NCBI GenBank assembly: GCA_030141605.1
Contig: JAQGDQ010000438.1
Span: forward strand, 133,186 to 197,185
DNA: 64,000 bases
Reading direction: 5' to 3'
Source: Tubiluchus corallicola
Taxonomy: Eukaryota; Animalia; Priapulida
Shown here: positions 51,582 through 64,000 of the stretch, one piece after another
How the letters are laid out: each line of letters begins with the position of its first letter
Position numbering within the stretch: position 1 is the first letter of the stretch
Made by a program: the position numbers and the translations under genes
The notes under the pieces: generated by a model
Told to the model about the DNA's origin: nothing
The model's database searches: none
Seen by the model: the letters and a program-made list of their open reading frames with translations, nothing else

Positions 51582-51904
51582 TAGACGTCACTTTAGAAGT
51601 GCTTTTTCAGTAAACATTCGCAGAAATGAATAAGCAAAAATTTACAAAATTCGGTTAGATAATTCATCCTTTTTGTGTCCCACTATTGTGCTTTAGCAAC
51701 CACTAGTAGGCTTTACTACACCCTACAAGCTTAAATCCAAGTCATTTCTCCAGTTTTACTCTGTCACGTTTTACTCCTGTTAGGAGATAGCTGAATACTA
51801 CCTAGACATTGATGACCATAGGCAAGTACAGATTTCAAAACACTATCAAATTCATGCCAAAAGTTAAGTTTGCCATAGCATACTTGAGACATTTCTTTCT
51901 AGAA

Positions 51905-51975
51905 AGCATTTCGCAAATCACTGATATGCAGCACAAAGAGCAACGGACCAAAAACTGATTCTTGTGGAGCTCCAT
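51905..51975 (-). pseudogene. RT fragment of a CR1-group LINE
   Basis: GAPQESVFGPLLFVLHISDL matches the GVPQGSxLGPLLF motif. Confidence 0.65.
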
Positions 51976-53511
51976 TTTCATCATAAAGTGCATTACAGAC
52001 ATAGAAATATGCTGTTTTTACTAAGCAGATATAAAGACAAACAAGTATGTTTGTTCTGATATATGTATTTCAACGAATTTTTGAAGCAAGACGTTGAAAT
52101 TAACTGACCATCAACTGTGTCATTGGCTTCTTGTGCCTCCTAACTACATTCAGGTTTCTATAATTGGCTTCTTGTGCCTTCTATACGTCTACAATGTGCG
52201 ATTACACAAGGAAACGTGTGTCTTACCAAGTTATGTCCACAAATTAACTAGTCATATAAAAACAGCTATGCTTTTCGTTAGTAAATGGCTTACCGTTTGT
52301 TCCCAATACTTTACAAAAGGGCTCTGATTTGATACACGAACCATAGTGCCTTCTGTGGAAAATTAAATAATTCGCGAAAATCTAAAACAATTTCAATTTG
52401 ATTTCGCGGTTTGATTAGCTCATCGTTTGAGGCTTGCGCTAGTAAATCGGAATTGAAATAAAACACGCCCCGCGTAGCACATGCAGCAATTAGACAGACT
52501 AATTTGAAAAATAGTGAAGCCAAATAATTTGAAAACAAGATAATTTTACAGAGAAGTGAATCCCAGAATCGCAGAAGATTAGATTAAGGCATAATTTACT
52601 ATTTCAATGTGTTATTGCGTTGTCTCGATTATGACCGCCAGACCGACTGCTACCCAAAGCGGTATCTGTCAAACCTACCACTGGCACCACTAGCACCATC
52701 ATGACATATTAGCACCACGACATCATTACTACCACCACCACCACAACAATATCTTGTAAACGTATTACTGCTTACTACTAAATCCATACAGCAACTATTA
52801 CTCCTACCCTTACAATCACTGTTATTGCTTCACCACAACCATCATCATCATCATCGTCATAGTCGTCGTCGTCGTCATCATCACCATCATCGTCATCGTC
52901 ATTATTTACATCATCATCATGATCGTTATGATTATGATCATCATCACATCGTCATCATTGCCAACATCGTCATCATCATACCCGCCTCTATCGTTTCCAC
53001 TATTACCAAAAATCAAGCATCATCAACGATAAGAACAAGGAGGAAGAAAAGTTGGCATCAATTCTTCCTCCTTGTTCTTGCCGTCGTAGTTGTCGCTGTC
53101 GTTGACGCTCACTTCTTTAAAATAACAAACGAACAACAGCAATTTTAACTTAAGTTCAACACAGTAAACCGTTTCTGCTATAATGGTAAACTGTCAGTGT
53201 CAAATGGATATGAAAATAAATGCATTCGCTCCAGCGTAATTATCAGTCGATTGCCACTCGGGCTTCATGCTGCAAAACAGCCAAATCGAATTTCTATACA
53301 ATATTAGTCACATTAGTCCAGTGCCTTGAAAGCAATGTAACGTCGCGTGTAATAACCGTTTGGCTTTGATCTCAAATTGCCGTCCGTTTAGTTATTTATT
53401 TCTTAACAGTTATTATCTGTCATAGCCGACACTAGAGTTTTGTCATAGCTTGTAGGCTAGTGACAGCAAGTTAAAGATTAATGTTGTTGCTAGTTTTCCA
53501 ATCGTTCACAG

Positions 53512-53897
53512 TTTTCACAGTTCCAGCAATTGATGATGATCGTGAAAAGGTCAAAGGTTAACTGTACCAGACAACGCATTTGTGTACAACTGACAACACC
53601 TCGCAGCCCATGCTATTGTAATAGTAACAGTTAATTAAGTAATTAAGATGCATAATTAAGTAAAGCCGCGTAAAACAATAGAGGCTACTGAACTAGTGCG
53701 GCAGTCGGCTTTGCTTTACACAGGCTAATGCATAACTAAATAAAGTACGCGTAAAACAACTGCAGCTACTGAACTGATACTTTGCTTTGCCCACTTGTCA
53801 CGTGACGGTTGTAGTTAAGACGCGTTGCTACGGTACACTTAACCTTTGACCTACAGCAACTGCGCGTGCGCACAACGAAACTATGAAAAGGCCTATT
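53512..53897 (-). mobile_element. TIR MITE, copy 2 of the 24975-25313 family
   Basis: Reverse-complement match to 24975-25313; internal 21-bp inverted pair AGGTCAAAGGTTAA(C/G)TGTACC at ~53548 and ~53832. Confidence 0.8.
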
Positions 53898-54949
53898 GTC
53901 ACCAACGCGGTCGTCACGAGCACGTACATCATTATCTTTGTCTTGTTTGATAAAGAAATAACTTAGCAGGCTATGCTGGAAGGTAAACAATAATTTAACT
54001 GTTATCTTTAAATGTGAAAAATTATTGTTGTGTTGTGCTATTATAGATGCAGCCTGTCTATTTAACTGATTTTGATTATTAAACCTTAGTAATTAATAAG
54101 TCTTGTCGAGAAATTCAATTCAGCTTTATTCATATGGGCTTCAACACAGTTCAGGCCTCTAACTAGGTCAGGTCAATTTCTAAAGAAAGATATGCTTAGT
54201 TTAGTTTACGGTACGATTTTTCCCCGTACACAAGAAAGAATATTTAGCTCCCAAATTTCTATATCTAAAAATGATTTTCTTTCTAGTATTGGTTCTAAAG
54301 CTTCACAACAATCGTGCCTAAACCCGGGACCTTTTTTCACACCTGCCAGTCTTTTACTTAATTACTTAATTACTATCACCAGCTATTCCATTGACAACGA
54401 ATGCTGAATAAGATGATCATGATGATAATGATAAGTCTTTATTAGCCTCTTTTTGCAGGCAAAAATATCCGTACTAACATTATGCAATTTTACCTAGACA
54501 CTATACAGAGTGAATTCTACGATAATACATTTACGGAATCTGTAATTAGCTTTTCTAATTTGTACGTATAACATTTCTTACGGTGATGTTAAACAAGAAG
54601 TGTTAAAGTGCGTGCTAAAATCAAGGTTATTAATGCAGCAAGTTTCCTGTGAAGTAACATAAAAATGCAGATAAATTGATATGCCAAATTATTAGATTCC
54701 AATTCAATGTTTAAATCCACAAGAGTGACAATCAGTAGTCTCAAGAACTACACAAATTTAATCCCTATTTTACTAAAAATTAACAGCAGGATCTTAAAAT
54801 AAAAGGGTCCTTTACAAAGTCGATATTAAATTTTCATTTTTAGTCGAATACACAAGATTTAAACTGTCATTTCCCAGTTCGTTTAGTAAGCTGAATAAGA
54901 GCTGAGCTGTTACGCCTCGTGTTTATCATTACTGCTATACCTTATATTC

Positions 54950-54988
<39 letters not shown>

Positions 54989-55664
54989 AACACATATATA
55001 TTAATATATATGTTCCTTGCTGCTAAATTAATAATAATCACAATACGCAAGGCTGATGTTCGTGCCTCCTCGAGAAATGTTCGTCTAATTGCACTTGTAC
55101 CTGCGCGATTAGCTTCATAAAATTGCCATGTTCTGAGATTACGAAGCCAAGCAAGCTGGAGAGGTCGGCTTAGCTTGTAACAAAGCGTTACTGAGACGAG
55201 CGAAAGTACGATTGTTTTCGTGCTTCATTTAACAATAAGTACTTGACCAGTCAAACACGAAAATGGTAAAACATTGGCAAGATTTCTATAAGAAATGAAC
55301 GCAAATAAGCGGACAGGGGGTGTTACAGATTTACGCGCCAGGGTGTCCTTGATATGCCCTGCCACATCGGACCCTGGTTAGCATGTAATTAATCTGGAAC
55401 GTGAAGCTTCACTAGCATAAGGCAGTAATTACTTCAGCGAATACCTGCTACTGTTAATGGACGATTACACAAATATGGAATCCCAACACGCATTGGATAA
55501 ATACAATAATTCTTCGTGTCGGGAATGTGGCACTAATGTCTAATGCACTTAGAATTAGAGAACATGCACGCGCAGTGGACTGCGGTCAGAAAATGCAGTC
55601 CCTGCACACACGGGAGAGAGGAAGAGAGCTTCAACTGGTAGTCAGGTGCTAGCTGTTAAGGTCT

Positions 55665-55990
55665 AATAACAATAATAATGACAATTTATTTATAAAACGG
55701 CAAAAATCGACATTTAAATCATAAGCTATGCTAAAATAAAGGTCTAGAATTAAGAATAACTGCAATAAAAATTTGCGAAAATTCAAATTGAGCATTTTAG
55801 TAAAATGATTTAAGACTTAAGGTTTAAGGTTTTTTAGACTTATTTTAAAACGTTTAAGATCAGTAATAGAACGCAAGCTAAGCGAAAGTTGATTCCATTC
55901 ACGTTCAGCTGGACAGGCGAGAGCACGCTCACCATACCGGACACTGATTCTTTAAGGATCGGTGACCGCTAGTGTAAAACTGTCCTGGGG
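55665..55990 (-). mobile_element. L2-like LINE 3' end
   Basis: YGERALACPAEREWNQLSLSLRSITDLKRFKISLK resembles the L2 C-terminus (GxRAF..WNxLP..FK..LK); (TTA)n tail. Confidence 0.65.
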
Positions 55991-56119
55991 TCGGTGAGAT
56001 AAGATGGACCCGACCCAAGCCATACAAACATCCTAAAGAAATCAGCAATAATTTTCAGTTGCACAATCTTCCTGTATGCTCTTGGGCTAGATTTTCACGC
56101 AACCTTTTCATTAGAAACT

Positions 56120-56958
56120 TTTTGAAACACTAACACCCTTTTTCACATACATCTATTTCACTAATTTTATTATTTTTACAACCATAACTCTAATTTTTTG
56201 ACCCACTAACACCTTTTTTTCACATACATCTATTTCACCAATTTTATTATTTTTACAACCATAACTCTAGTCTTTTGAAACACTAACACCTTTTTTCACA
56301 TACATCTATTTCACTAATTTTATTATTTTTACAACCATAACTCTAGTCTTTTGAAACAGTAACACCTTTTTTCACATACATCTATTTCACTAATTTTATT
56401 ATTTTCACAACCATAACTCTAGTCTTTTAAAACACTAACACCTTTTTTCGCATACATCTATTTCACCAATTTTATTATTTTCACAACCATAACTCTATTC
56501 TTTTGAAACACTAACACCTTTTTTTCACATACATCTGTTTCACTAATTTTATTATTTTCACAACCATAACTCTAGTCTTTTGAAACACTAACACCTTTTT
56601 TCACATACATCTATTTCACTAATTTTATTATTTTTACAACCATAACTCTAATCTTTTGACCCACTAACACCTTTTTTTCACATACATCTATTTCACCAAT
56701 TTTATTATTTTTACAACCATAACTCTAGTCTTTTGAAACACTAACACCTTTTTTCACATACATCTATTTCACTATTTTTATTATTTTTACAACCACAACT
56801 CTAGTCTTTTAAAACACTAACACCTTTTTTCACATACATCTATTTCACCAATTTTATTATTTTCACAACCATAACTCTATTCTTTTGAAACACTAACACC
56901 TTTTTTTCACATACATCTGTTTCACTAATTTTATTATTTTCACAACCATAACTCTAGT
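56120..56958. repeat. 76-77-bp minisatellite, about 11 units
   Basis: Unit TTTGAAACACTAACACCTTTTTTCACATACATCTATTTCACTAATTTTATTATTTTTACAACCATAACTCTAGTCT. Confidence 0.96.
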
Positions 56959-57139
56959 CTAGCTGCAAGTACTTCATTAGTGAATCTTTTTATGGTTCAA
57001 AGTACGTCAGCTTTTTTAGATTTCGTTTCCTCTGAAGGCTTCGATTCTTGCAGGTTTATCTGTCACAATTCGATAAGAGCTATTTCGAGAAACTTTTTTT
57101 ATAAAATGAAAGAGTGTCCACTTTCTCTGCTGTTCTATA

Positions 57140-57835
57140 GGTTTTACACGTCAAATGTAGACACAGGAAACTTCAAATGTGTTTTGGTAACTCAAATGTG
57201 ACTTAGGTAAGTCAAATGTAGATGCATTACTTTGAACAAATAGGTAATTAACTCATTTAAGTGCAAATTACAAAAAGATAAACCAAAGATAGTCATCACC
57301 TCTTTCATAACTTTGACAAATGTGTTGTTTATCCTCAAACTATATTCTTTGATAAACCATAACGTCGACAGAAAAGAATAAATTGGTTCCCACTTCCCAA
57401 TGAACAGTGAATCACTAATTAGTTTTTAAAGTAATGCATTAGCACTGCATTAATGAATTAGTTTCTCTCAAGAAACATTGTTTATTTTAAGAATGTATTG
57501 TTTTCTCTAACAGTTCCAGTGGTATGTAAAGTTTGCAGAATATTAGTGAACCTATAACGTTGTTATTTTAACTAAAGAGCAATTATTAAATTGAAATTAA
57601 AGAAGATCAAATTTTACTTCCTTAAGCTTTACCACCTGTCCACATTTGAGATACCAATGTCACATTTGACTTGACATGTGTCTGCATTTGACTTACCAAA
57701 AACGTTTAAGATTTCTTGAAAACCATTGTTAACATATTTGAACTACCAAAGTCTACATTTGAGTTACCAAGACACATTTGAATTACCTAAATCTACATTT
57801 GAGTTAACGCAGGTCTACATTTCACATGTAAAACC
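57140..57835. mobile_element. TIR element with inverted ~20-bp subterminal repeats
   Basis: TATA|GGTTTTACACGTCAAATGTAGAC ... GTCTACATTTCACATGTAAAACC|TATA; repeated GGTAACTCAAATGT motifs inverted at the two ends. Confidence 0.78.
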
Positions 57836-58579
57836 TATATGCATACAATGTAAGCTGTGGGCAAAAGCAGGGTAACGTCTAACTGCACACAATTACCTGA
57901 TCTTAGGAAGCCATGCAAAGCCAAAGAAAGGAGGTGAGTGTTTTGTGGAAGGAAGAGAGTTCTGTGTTCTCATGGATGAATGACACATTTCGACAGGAAA
58001 ATAACACAAGCAGTTTGTTTCATTAAATTAAAGTGTCGTGCACTTGAGCAATTACGCACAAACTACATGTTATTCCTTGTGCCAAAGCTAAACTTAAAAA
58101 TTTGACGCTCTAAGCAACAGCCTAGTTTGTTTAGGGCAGACCTGGTTGCGGTCGGGTTACTGCTATTGTAGTATTTTGCTGAACCAATGTTTACTTGTTG
58201 GCGTACGATGGATTCACAAACAAAAATTAGAATATTTGTTCAGGACGATGGATTTGAGAGAAGCTGGGGAGATGTGTATGTGAATGTGTAGAATGTGTGG
58301 CGCCATGATGTTGCCGAATCGAGAATTTATTGGGTTAAGGAGGCAAAATGCATAGCGTTATGAATAGCACTGACCACAGAGGAAATTAGCCTTAGCGTTT
58401 CATAACATGCAGGCCTCATGGGTTGCTCTCAGCTGCCTTGGGTTGTTTTGTAAGAAAATAAACCTTAGCTGCTATGAGTTGCTTATAGCAAACCGCGTGT
58501 AGATGTCCACTGACAAGTTGCTTGCATCTTGTAGCCAATGCCAGCTTCAAAATTTCGATAACATATATATATATATATA

Positions 58580-58800
58580 ATCTTTTGACACACTAAAACC
58601 TTTTTTCACATACATCTATTTCACCAATTCTATTATTTTCACAATCATAACTCTAGTTTTTTGAAACACTAACACGTTTTTTCGCATACATCTATTTCAC
58701 CATTTTTATTATTTTCACAATCATAACTCTAGTGTTTCCAAACACTAATACCTTTTTTCACATATATCTGTTTCACTAATTTCATTATTTTCACAACCAT
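58580..58800. repeat. Second array of the 76-bp minisatellite (about 3 units) between (TA)n runs
   Basis: Same unit as 56120-56958, more diverged. Confidence 0.92.
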
Positions 58801-60145
58801 ATATATAGGACAAAGCGAATTTTCCACAAGTTTAAATACACATGTTGCCGGGTGCTCTCTGTATTAAAGGAAAGGCTAATCCTTCTAGGAGGTTAAGCTA
58901 ATTTCAATGATCGCGAAAAATGTTAGAAGGATTTAGTAACAAAACTGCAATAAGCGCTTCGTGTAATTAGCAAAATCACTTCAAAGTCGAGATCACTACA
59001 TTCTTGGGCGCTGCCATTTTGAATGCTCATTTTTTCCAATGACGTCATTTGTTTTAAAGAAATGCAGCGCACTGTCTCTTCGTAAAACGTATAATAAGTT
59101 ATTACAAAAAATTAGATAGCTGATTTTATAATATTCTTGCGTGAACATTAGGCAAGCTGTAGAAGTTTGAATTAGTTTAGGCAGCGCGCGCTTACGGAAA
59201 GTCACGAAGTCACCCAGTTACGTCATGATTTTCAAGTGAATGGGCGGCAACCACCACGCCTGAAAATTGTTATTCAGGTGTGTATATTTTAAATTCATGC
59301 TTCATATGTAGAACTTTGTAAATTTCTTTCTTATGTTTTTCTAAGTTTAAGTGATAACAGTAACATAAACCCGACATACTGTGTGACTCGTTCTCTTTTT
59401 AATGTATTCGTGAGTTTTTAAACAACAACACTATAAACAATATTACTGTTCATACGTTTAACATCTGTTAGTTAAAATAAAATAGTTTTCATTCACCATG
59501 CAGTGAGCACCACCTGATAACAATTAGCGTTTACTGTCAATGTAATTCACTCTCTTCTCGTAAACTCTTTTTTATTAACAAGCATTTCAACAAGTAAAAA
59601 TTAGAGGCTGGAAGAATGTAAATAAAATCATATGGACTTTATTTTGTGTGTTCCACCGAGCAGTATTTGTTTTTGGAACGACCTAGGCAGACTAGAGAAA
59701 TGGGCAACAGTGCAAATGTATGGTGATTTTTATTTCAATAAAATGCATAGCTCTTAAGCAGTTTGCTTAAAAATGTTTCAGTCTACCAGTGACTGTTCAG
59801 GGCCACCAAAACAGGCAGAAATCTATTTAACTTGCTAATCGGCACCATGTACCCTTGGGTGTCAAAAAGAATTGATCCTCCTGCACAGAGAAAACTGGAC
59901 GAAAGAGATAAAACAGGCAAAATCATTAGACAGAGCATTTCATCTTAAATGGCTTTGCCGACATTGGCAGAACTTTCAGTAAAGATTGGTGGATTTTAAT
60001 TGACAGAAGGGATGGGGGGGCGATCGCAACAGTTTCTCATTGGGACTGGTGCCATGACTCATTTATTCAACAATTTCGTTTTTTTATTTCTGTGGATGAA
60101 AAGTGATAAAAATGCGAAAAATAAAATACAATGTTAGCATAAGTA

Positions 60146-63100
60146 TTGTCAAGTAGCACTGCATGCAAGTAACCTGAACCAAGTCTGGTCAACTTGTCAA
60201 GTAGCACTGTTATGCAAGTAACCTGAACCAAGTCTGGTCAACTTTTCAAGTAGCACTGCATGCAAGTAACCTGAACCAAGTCTTGTCAATTTGTTAAGTA
60301 ACACTGCTATGCAAATAACCTGAACCAAGTCTGGTCAACTTGTCAAGTAGCACTGCATGCAAGTAACCTGAATCAAGTCTGGTCAATTTGTCAAGTAGCA
60401 CTGCATGCAAGTAACCTGAATCAAGTCTGGTCAGTTTGTCAAGTAGCACTGTTATGCAAGTAACCTGAACCAAGTCTGGTCAATTTGTTAAGTAGCACTG
60501 CTATGCAAGTAACCTGAACCAAGTCTGGTGAATTTGTCAAGTAGCACTGCATGCAAGTAACCTGAATCAAGTCTGGTCAGTTTGTCAAGTAGCACTGCAT
60601 GCAAGTAACCTGAACCAAGTCTGGTCAATTTGTCAAGTAGCACTGCTATGCAAGTAACCTGAACCAAGTCTGGTGAATTTGTCAAGTAGCACTGCATGCA
60701 AGTAACCTGAATCAAGTCTGGTCAACTTGTCAAGTAGCACTGCATGCAAGTAACCTGAACCAAGTCTGGTCAACTTGTCAAGTAGCACTGCTATGCAAAT
60801 AACCTGAACCAAGTCTGGTCAACTTGTCAAGTAGGACTGTTATGCAAGTAACCTGAACCAAGTCTGGTCAACTTGTCAAGTAGCACTGTTATGCAAATAA
60901 CCTGAACCAAGTCTGGTCAACTTGTCAAGTAGCACTGTTAGGCAAATAACCTGAACCAAGTTTGGTCAACTTGTCAAGTAGCACTGTTATGCAAGTAACC
61001 TGAATCAAGTCTGGTCAACTTGTCAAGTAACACTGCTATGCAAATAACCTGAACCAAGTCTGGTCAACTTGTCAAGCAGCACTGCATGCAAGTAACCTGA
61101 ACCAAGTCTGGTCAACTTGTCAAGCAGCACTGTTATGCAAATAACCTGAACCAAGTTTGGTCAACTTGTCAAGTAGCACTGCTATGCAAGTAACCTGAAC
61201 CAAGTCTGGTGAATTTGTCAAGTAGCACTGCATGCAAGTAACCTGAATCAAGTCTGGTCAATTTGTCAAGTAGCACTGCATGCAAGTAACCTGAATCAAG
61301 TCTGGTCAGTTTGTCAAGTAGCACTGTTATGCAAATAACCTGAACCAAGTCTGGTCAATTTGTTAAGTAGCACTGCTATGCAAGTAACCTGAATCAAGTT
61401 TGGTCAACTTGTCAAGTAGCACTGCTATGCAAGTAACCTGAACCAAGTCTGGTCAAGTTGTCAAGTAGCACTGTTATGCAAATAACCTGAACCAAGTCTG
61501 GTCAACTTGTCAAGTAGCACTGTTATGCAAGTAACCTGAATCAAGTCTGGTCAATTTGTTAAGTAGCACTGCTATGCAAGTAACCTGAATCAAGTCTGGT
61601 CAGTTTGTCAAGTAGCACTGTTATGCAAGTAACCTGAACCAAGTCTGGTCAATTTGTTAAGTAGCACTGTTATGCAAGTAACCTGAACCAAGTCTGGTCA
61701 ACTTGTCAAGTAGCACTGTTATGCAAGTAACCTGAACCAAGTCTGGTCAACTTGTCAAGTAGCACTGTTATGCAAGTAACCTGAACCAAGTCTAGTCAAC
61801 TTGTCACGTAGCACTGTTATGCAAATAACCTGAACCAAGTTTGGTCAACTTGTCAAGTAACACTGCTATGCAAATAACCTGAACCAAGTCTGGCCAACTT
61901 GTCACGTAGCACTGCATGCAAGTAACCTGAACCAAGTCTGGCCAACTTGTCAAGTAGCACTGTATGCAAGTAACCTGAACCAAGTCTGGTCAACTTGTCA
62001 CGTAGTACTGTTATGCAAGTAACTTGAACCAAGTCTGGTCAACTTGTCAAGTAGCACTGCTATGCAAGTAACCTGAATCAAGTTTGGTCAACTTGTCAAG
62101 TAGCACTGTTATGCAAGTAACCTGAACCAAGTCTGGTCAAGTTGTCAAGTAGCACTGTTATGCAAATAACCTGAACCAAGTTTGGTCAACTTGTCAAGTA
62201 GCACTGCTATGCAAGTAACCTGAATCAAGTTTGGTCAACTTGTCAAGTAGCACTGTTATGCAAGTAACCTGAACCAAGTCTGGTCAAGTTGTCAAGTAGC
62301 ACTGTTATGCAAATAACCTGAACCAAGTTTGGTCAATTTGTCAAGTAACACTGTTATGCAAGTAACCTGAACCAAGTCTGGTCAACGTGTCAAGTAGCAC
62401 TGTATGCAAGTAACCTGAACCAAGTCTAGTCAACTTGTCACGTAGCACTGTTATGCAAGTAACTTGAACCAAGTCTGGTCAACTTGTCAAGTAGCACTGC
62501 TATGCAAGTAACCTGAATCAAGTTTGGTCAACTTGTCAAGTAGCACTGTTATGCAAGTAACCTGAACCAAGTCTGGTCAAGTTGTCAAGTAGCACTGTTA
62601 TGCAAATAACCTGAACCAAGTTTGGTCAACTTGTCAAGTAGCACTGCTATGCAAGTAACCTGAATCAAGTTTGGTCAACTTGTCAAGTAGCACTGTTATG
62701 CAAGTAACCTGAACCAAGTCTGGTCAAGTTGTCAAGTAGCACTGTTATGCAAATAACCTGAACCAAGTCTGGTCAACTTGTCAAGTAGCACTGTTATGCA
62801 AGTAACCTGAATCAAGTCTGGTCAATTTGTCAAGTAGCACTGCATGCAAGTAACCTGAATCAAGTCTGGTCAGTTTGTCAAGTAGCACTGTTATGCAAGT
62901 AACCTGAACCAAGTCTGGTCAATTTGTTAAGTAGCACTGTTATGCAAGTAACCTGAACCAAGTCTGGTCAATTTGTCAAGTAGCACTGTTATGCAAATAA
63001 CCTGAACCAAGTCTGGTCAACTTGTCAAGTAGCACTGTTATGCAAGTAACCTGAACCAAGTCTGGTCAACTTGTCAAGTAGCACTGTTAGGCAAATAACC

Positions 63101-63946
63101 TGAACCAAGTCTGGTCAACTTGTCAAGTAGCACTGTTAGGCAAATAACCTGAACCAAGTTTGGTCAACTTGTCAAGTAGCACTGTTATGCAAGTAACCTG
63201 AATCAAGTCTGGTCAACTTGTCAAGTAACACTGCTATGCAAATAACCTGAACCAAGTCTGGCCAACTTGTCAAGCAGCACTGTTATGCAAATAACCTGAA
63301 CCAAGTTTGGTCAACTTGTCAAGTAGCACTGTTATGCAAGTAACCTGAATCAAGTCTGGTCAACTTGTCAAGTAGCACTGTTATGCAAATAACCTGAACC
63401 AAGTCTGGTCAACTTGTCAAGCAGCACTGCATGCAAGTAACCTGAACCAAGTCTGGTCAACTTGTCAAGCAGCACTGTTATGCAAATAACCTGAACCAAG
63501 TTTGGTCAACTTGTCAAGTAGCACTGCTATGCAAGTAACCTGAACCAAGTCTGGTGAATTTGTCAAGTAGCACTGCATGCAAGTAACCTGAATCAAGTCT
63601 GGTCAATTTGTCAAGTAGCACTGCATGCAAGTAACCTGAATCAAGTCTGGTCAGTTTGTCAAGTAGCACTGTTATGCAAATAACCTGAACCAAGTCTGGT
63701 CAATTTGTTAAGTAGCACTGCTATGCAAGTAACCTGAACCAAGTCTGGTGAATTTGTCAAGTAGCACTGCATGCAAGTAACCTGAATCAAGTCTGGTCAG
63801 TTTGTCAAGTAGCACTGCATGCAAGTATCCTGAACCAAGTCTGGTCAATTTGTCAAGTAGCACTGCTATGCAAGTAACCTGAACCAAGTCTGGTGAATTT
63901 GTCAAGTAGCACTGTTATGCAAGTAACCTGAACCAAGTCTGGTCAA
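60146..63946. repeat. 47/49-bp satellite array, about 78 units, 3.8 kb
   Basis: Unit TTGTCAAGTAGCACTG(TT/CT/C)ATGCAAGTAACCTGAACCAAGTCTGGTCAAC. Confidence 0.98.
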
Positions 63947-64000
63947 TACTGATGCTGCCTTCTGCTCCTGGTTGGTGGTGGTGATGGTGGTGGCAGCCGT

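Noticed and set aside
54953-55018. (TA)n followed by an imperfect AT-rich palindrome
   Set aside because: Explained by TA low complexity; no further structure.
55045-55110. miR-92-like sequence AATTGCACTTGTACC
   Set aside because: Only the 5' half resembles miR-92, and the upstream arm does not form a convincing precursor stem.

Overview
This window is AT-rich, repeat-saturated animal (invertebrate) genomic DNA, intronic or intergenic. The 5S rRNA-derived sequence and the SINE/LINE complement look lophotrochozoan (mollusc/annelid-like), which is an inference. I can support no host protein-coding gene: the long ORFs come from microsatellites, minisatellites or LINE debris. Retroposons: a 500-bp TSD-flanked bipartite RTE element whose 5' end is the core of a twister ribozyme (3231-3730, minus); two copies of a 5S rRNA-headed SINE with a bipartite RTE body (17972-18313, 21915-22462); a MetaSINE-like fragment; and 3' fragments of CR1, Crack/Daphne, L2, Proto2-like, RTEX-like and RTE LINEs. 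DNA transposons: four piggyBac-type MITE copies, two hAT MITE families, Kolobok-type and Tc2/pogo-type MITEs, other TIR elements and a 1.45-kb foldback, several of them nested. Tandem repeats: nine minisatellite/satellite arrays (units 30-77 bp), some bounded by inverted repeats or with higher-order structure, plus about 20 microsatellite tracts. Family names come from motif recognition by eye and need confirmation by database search.
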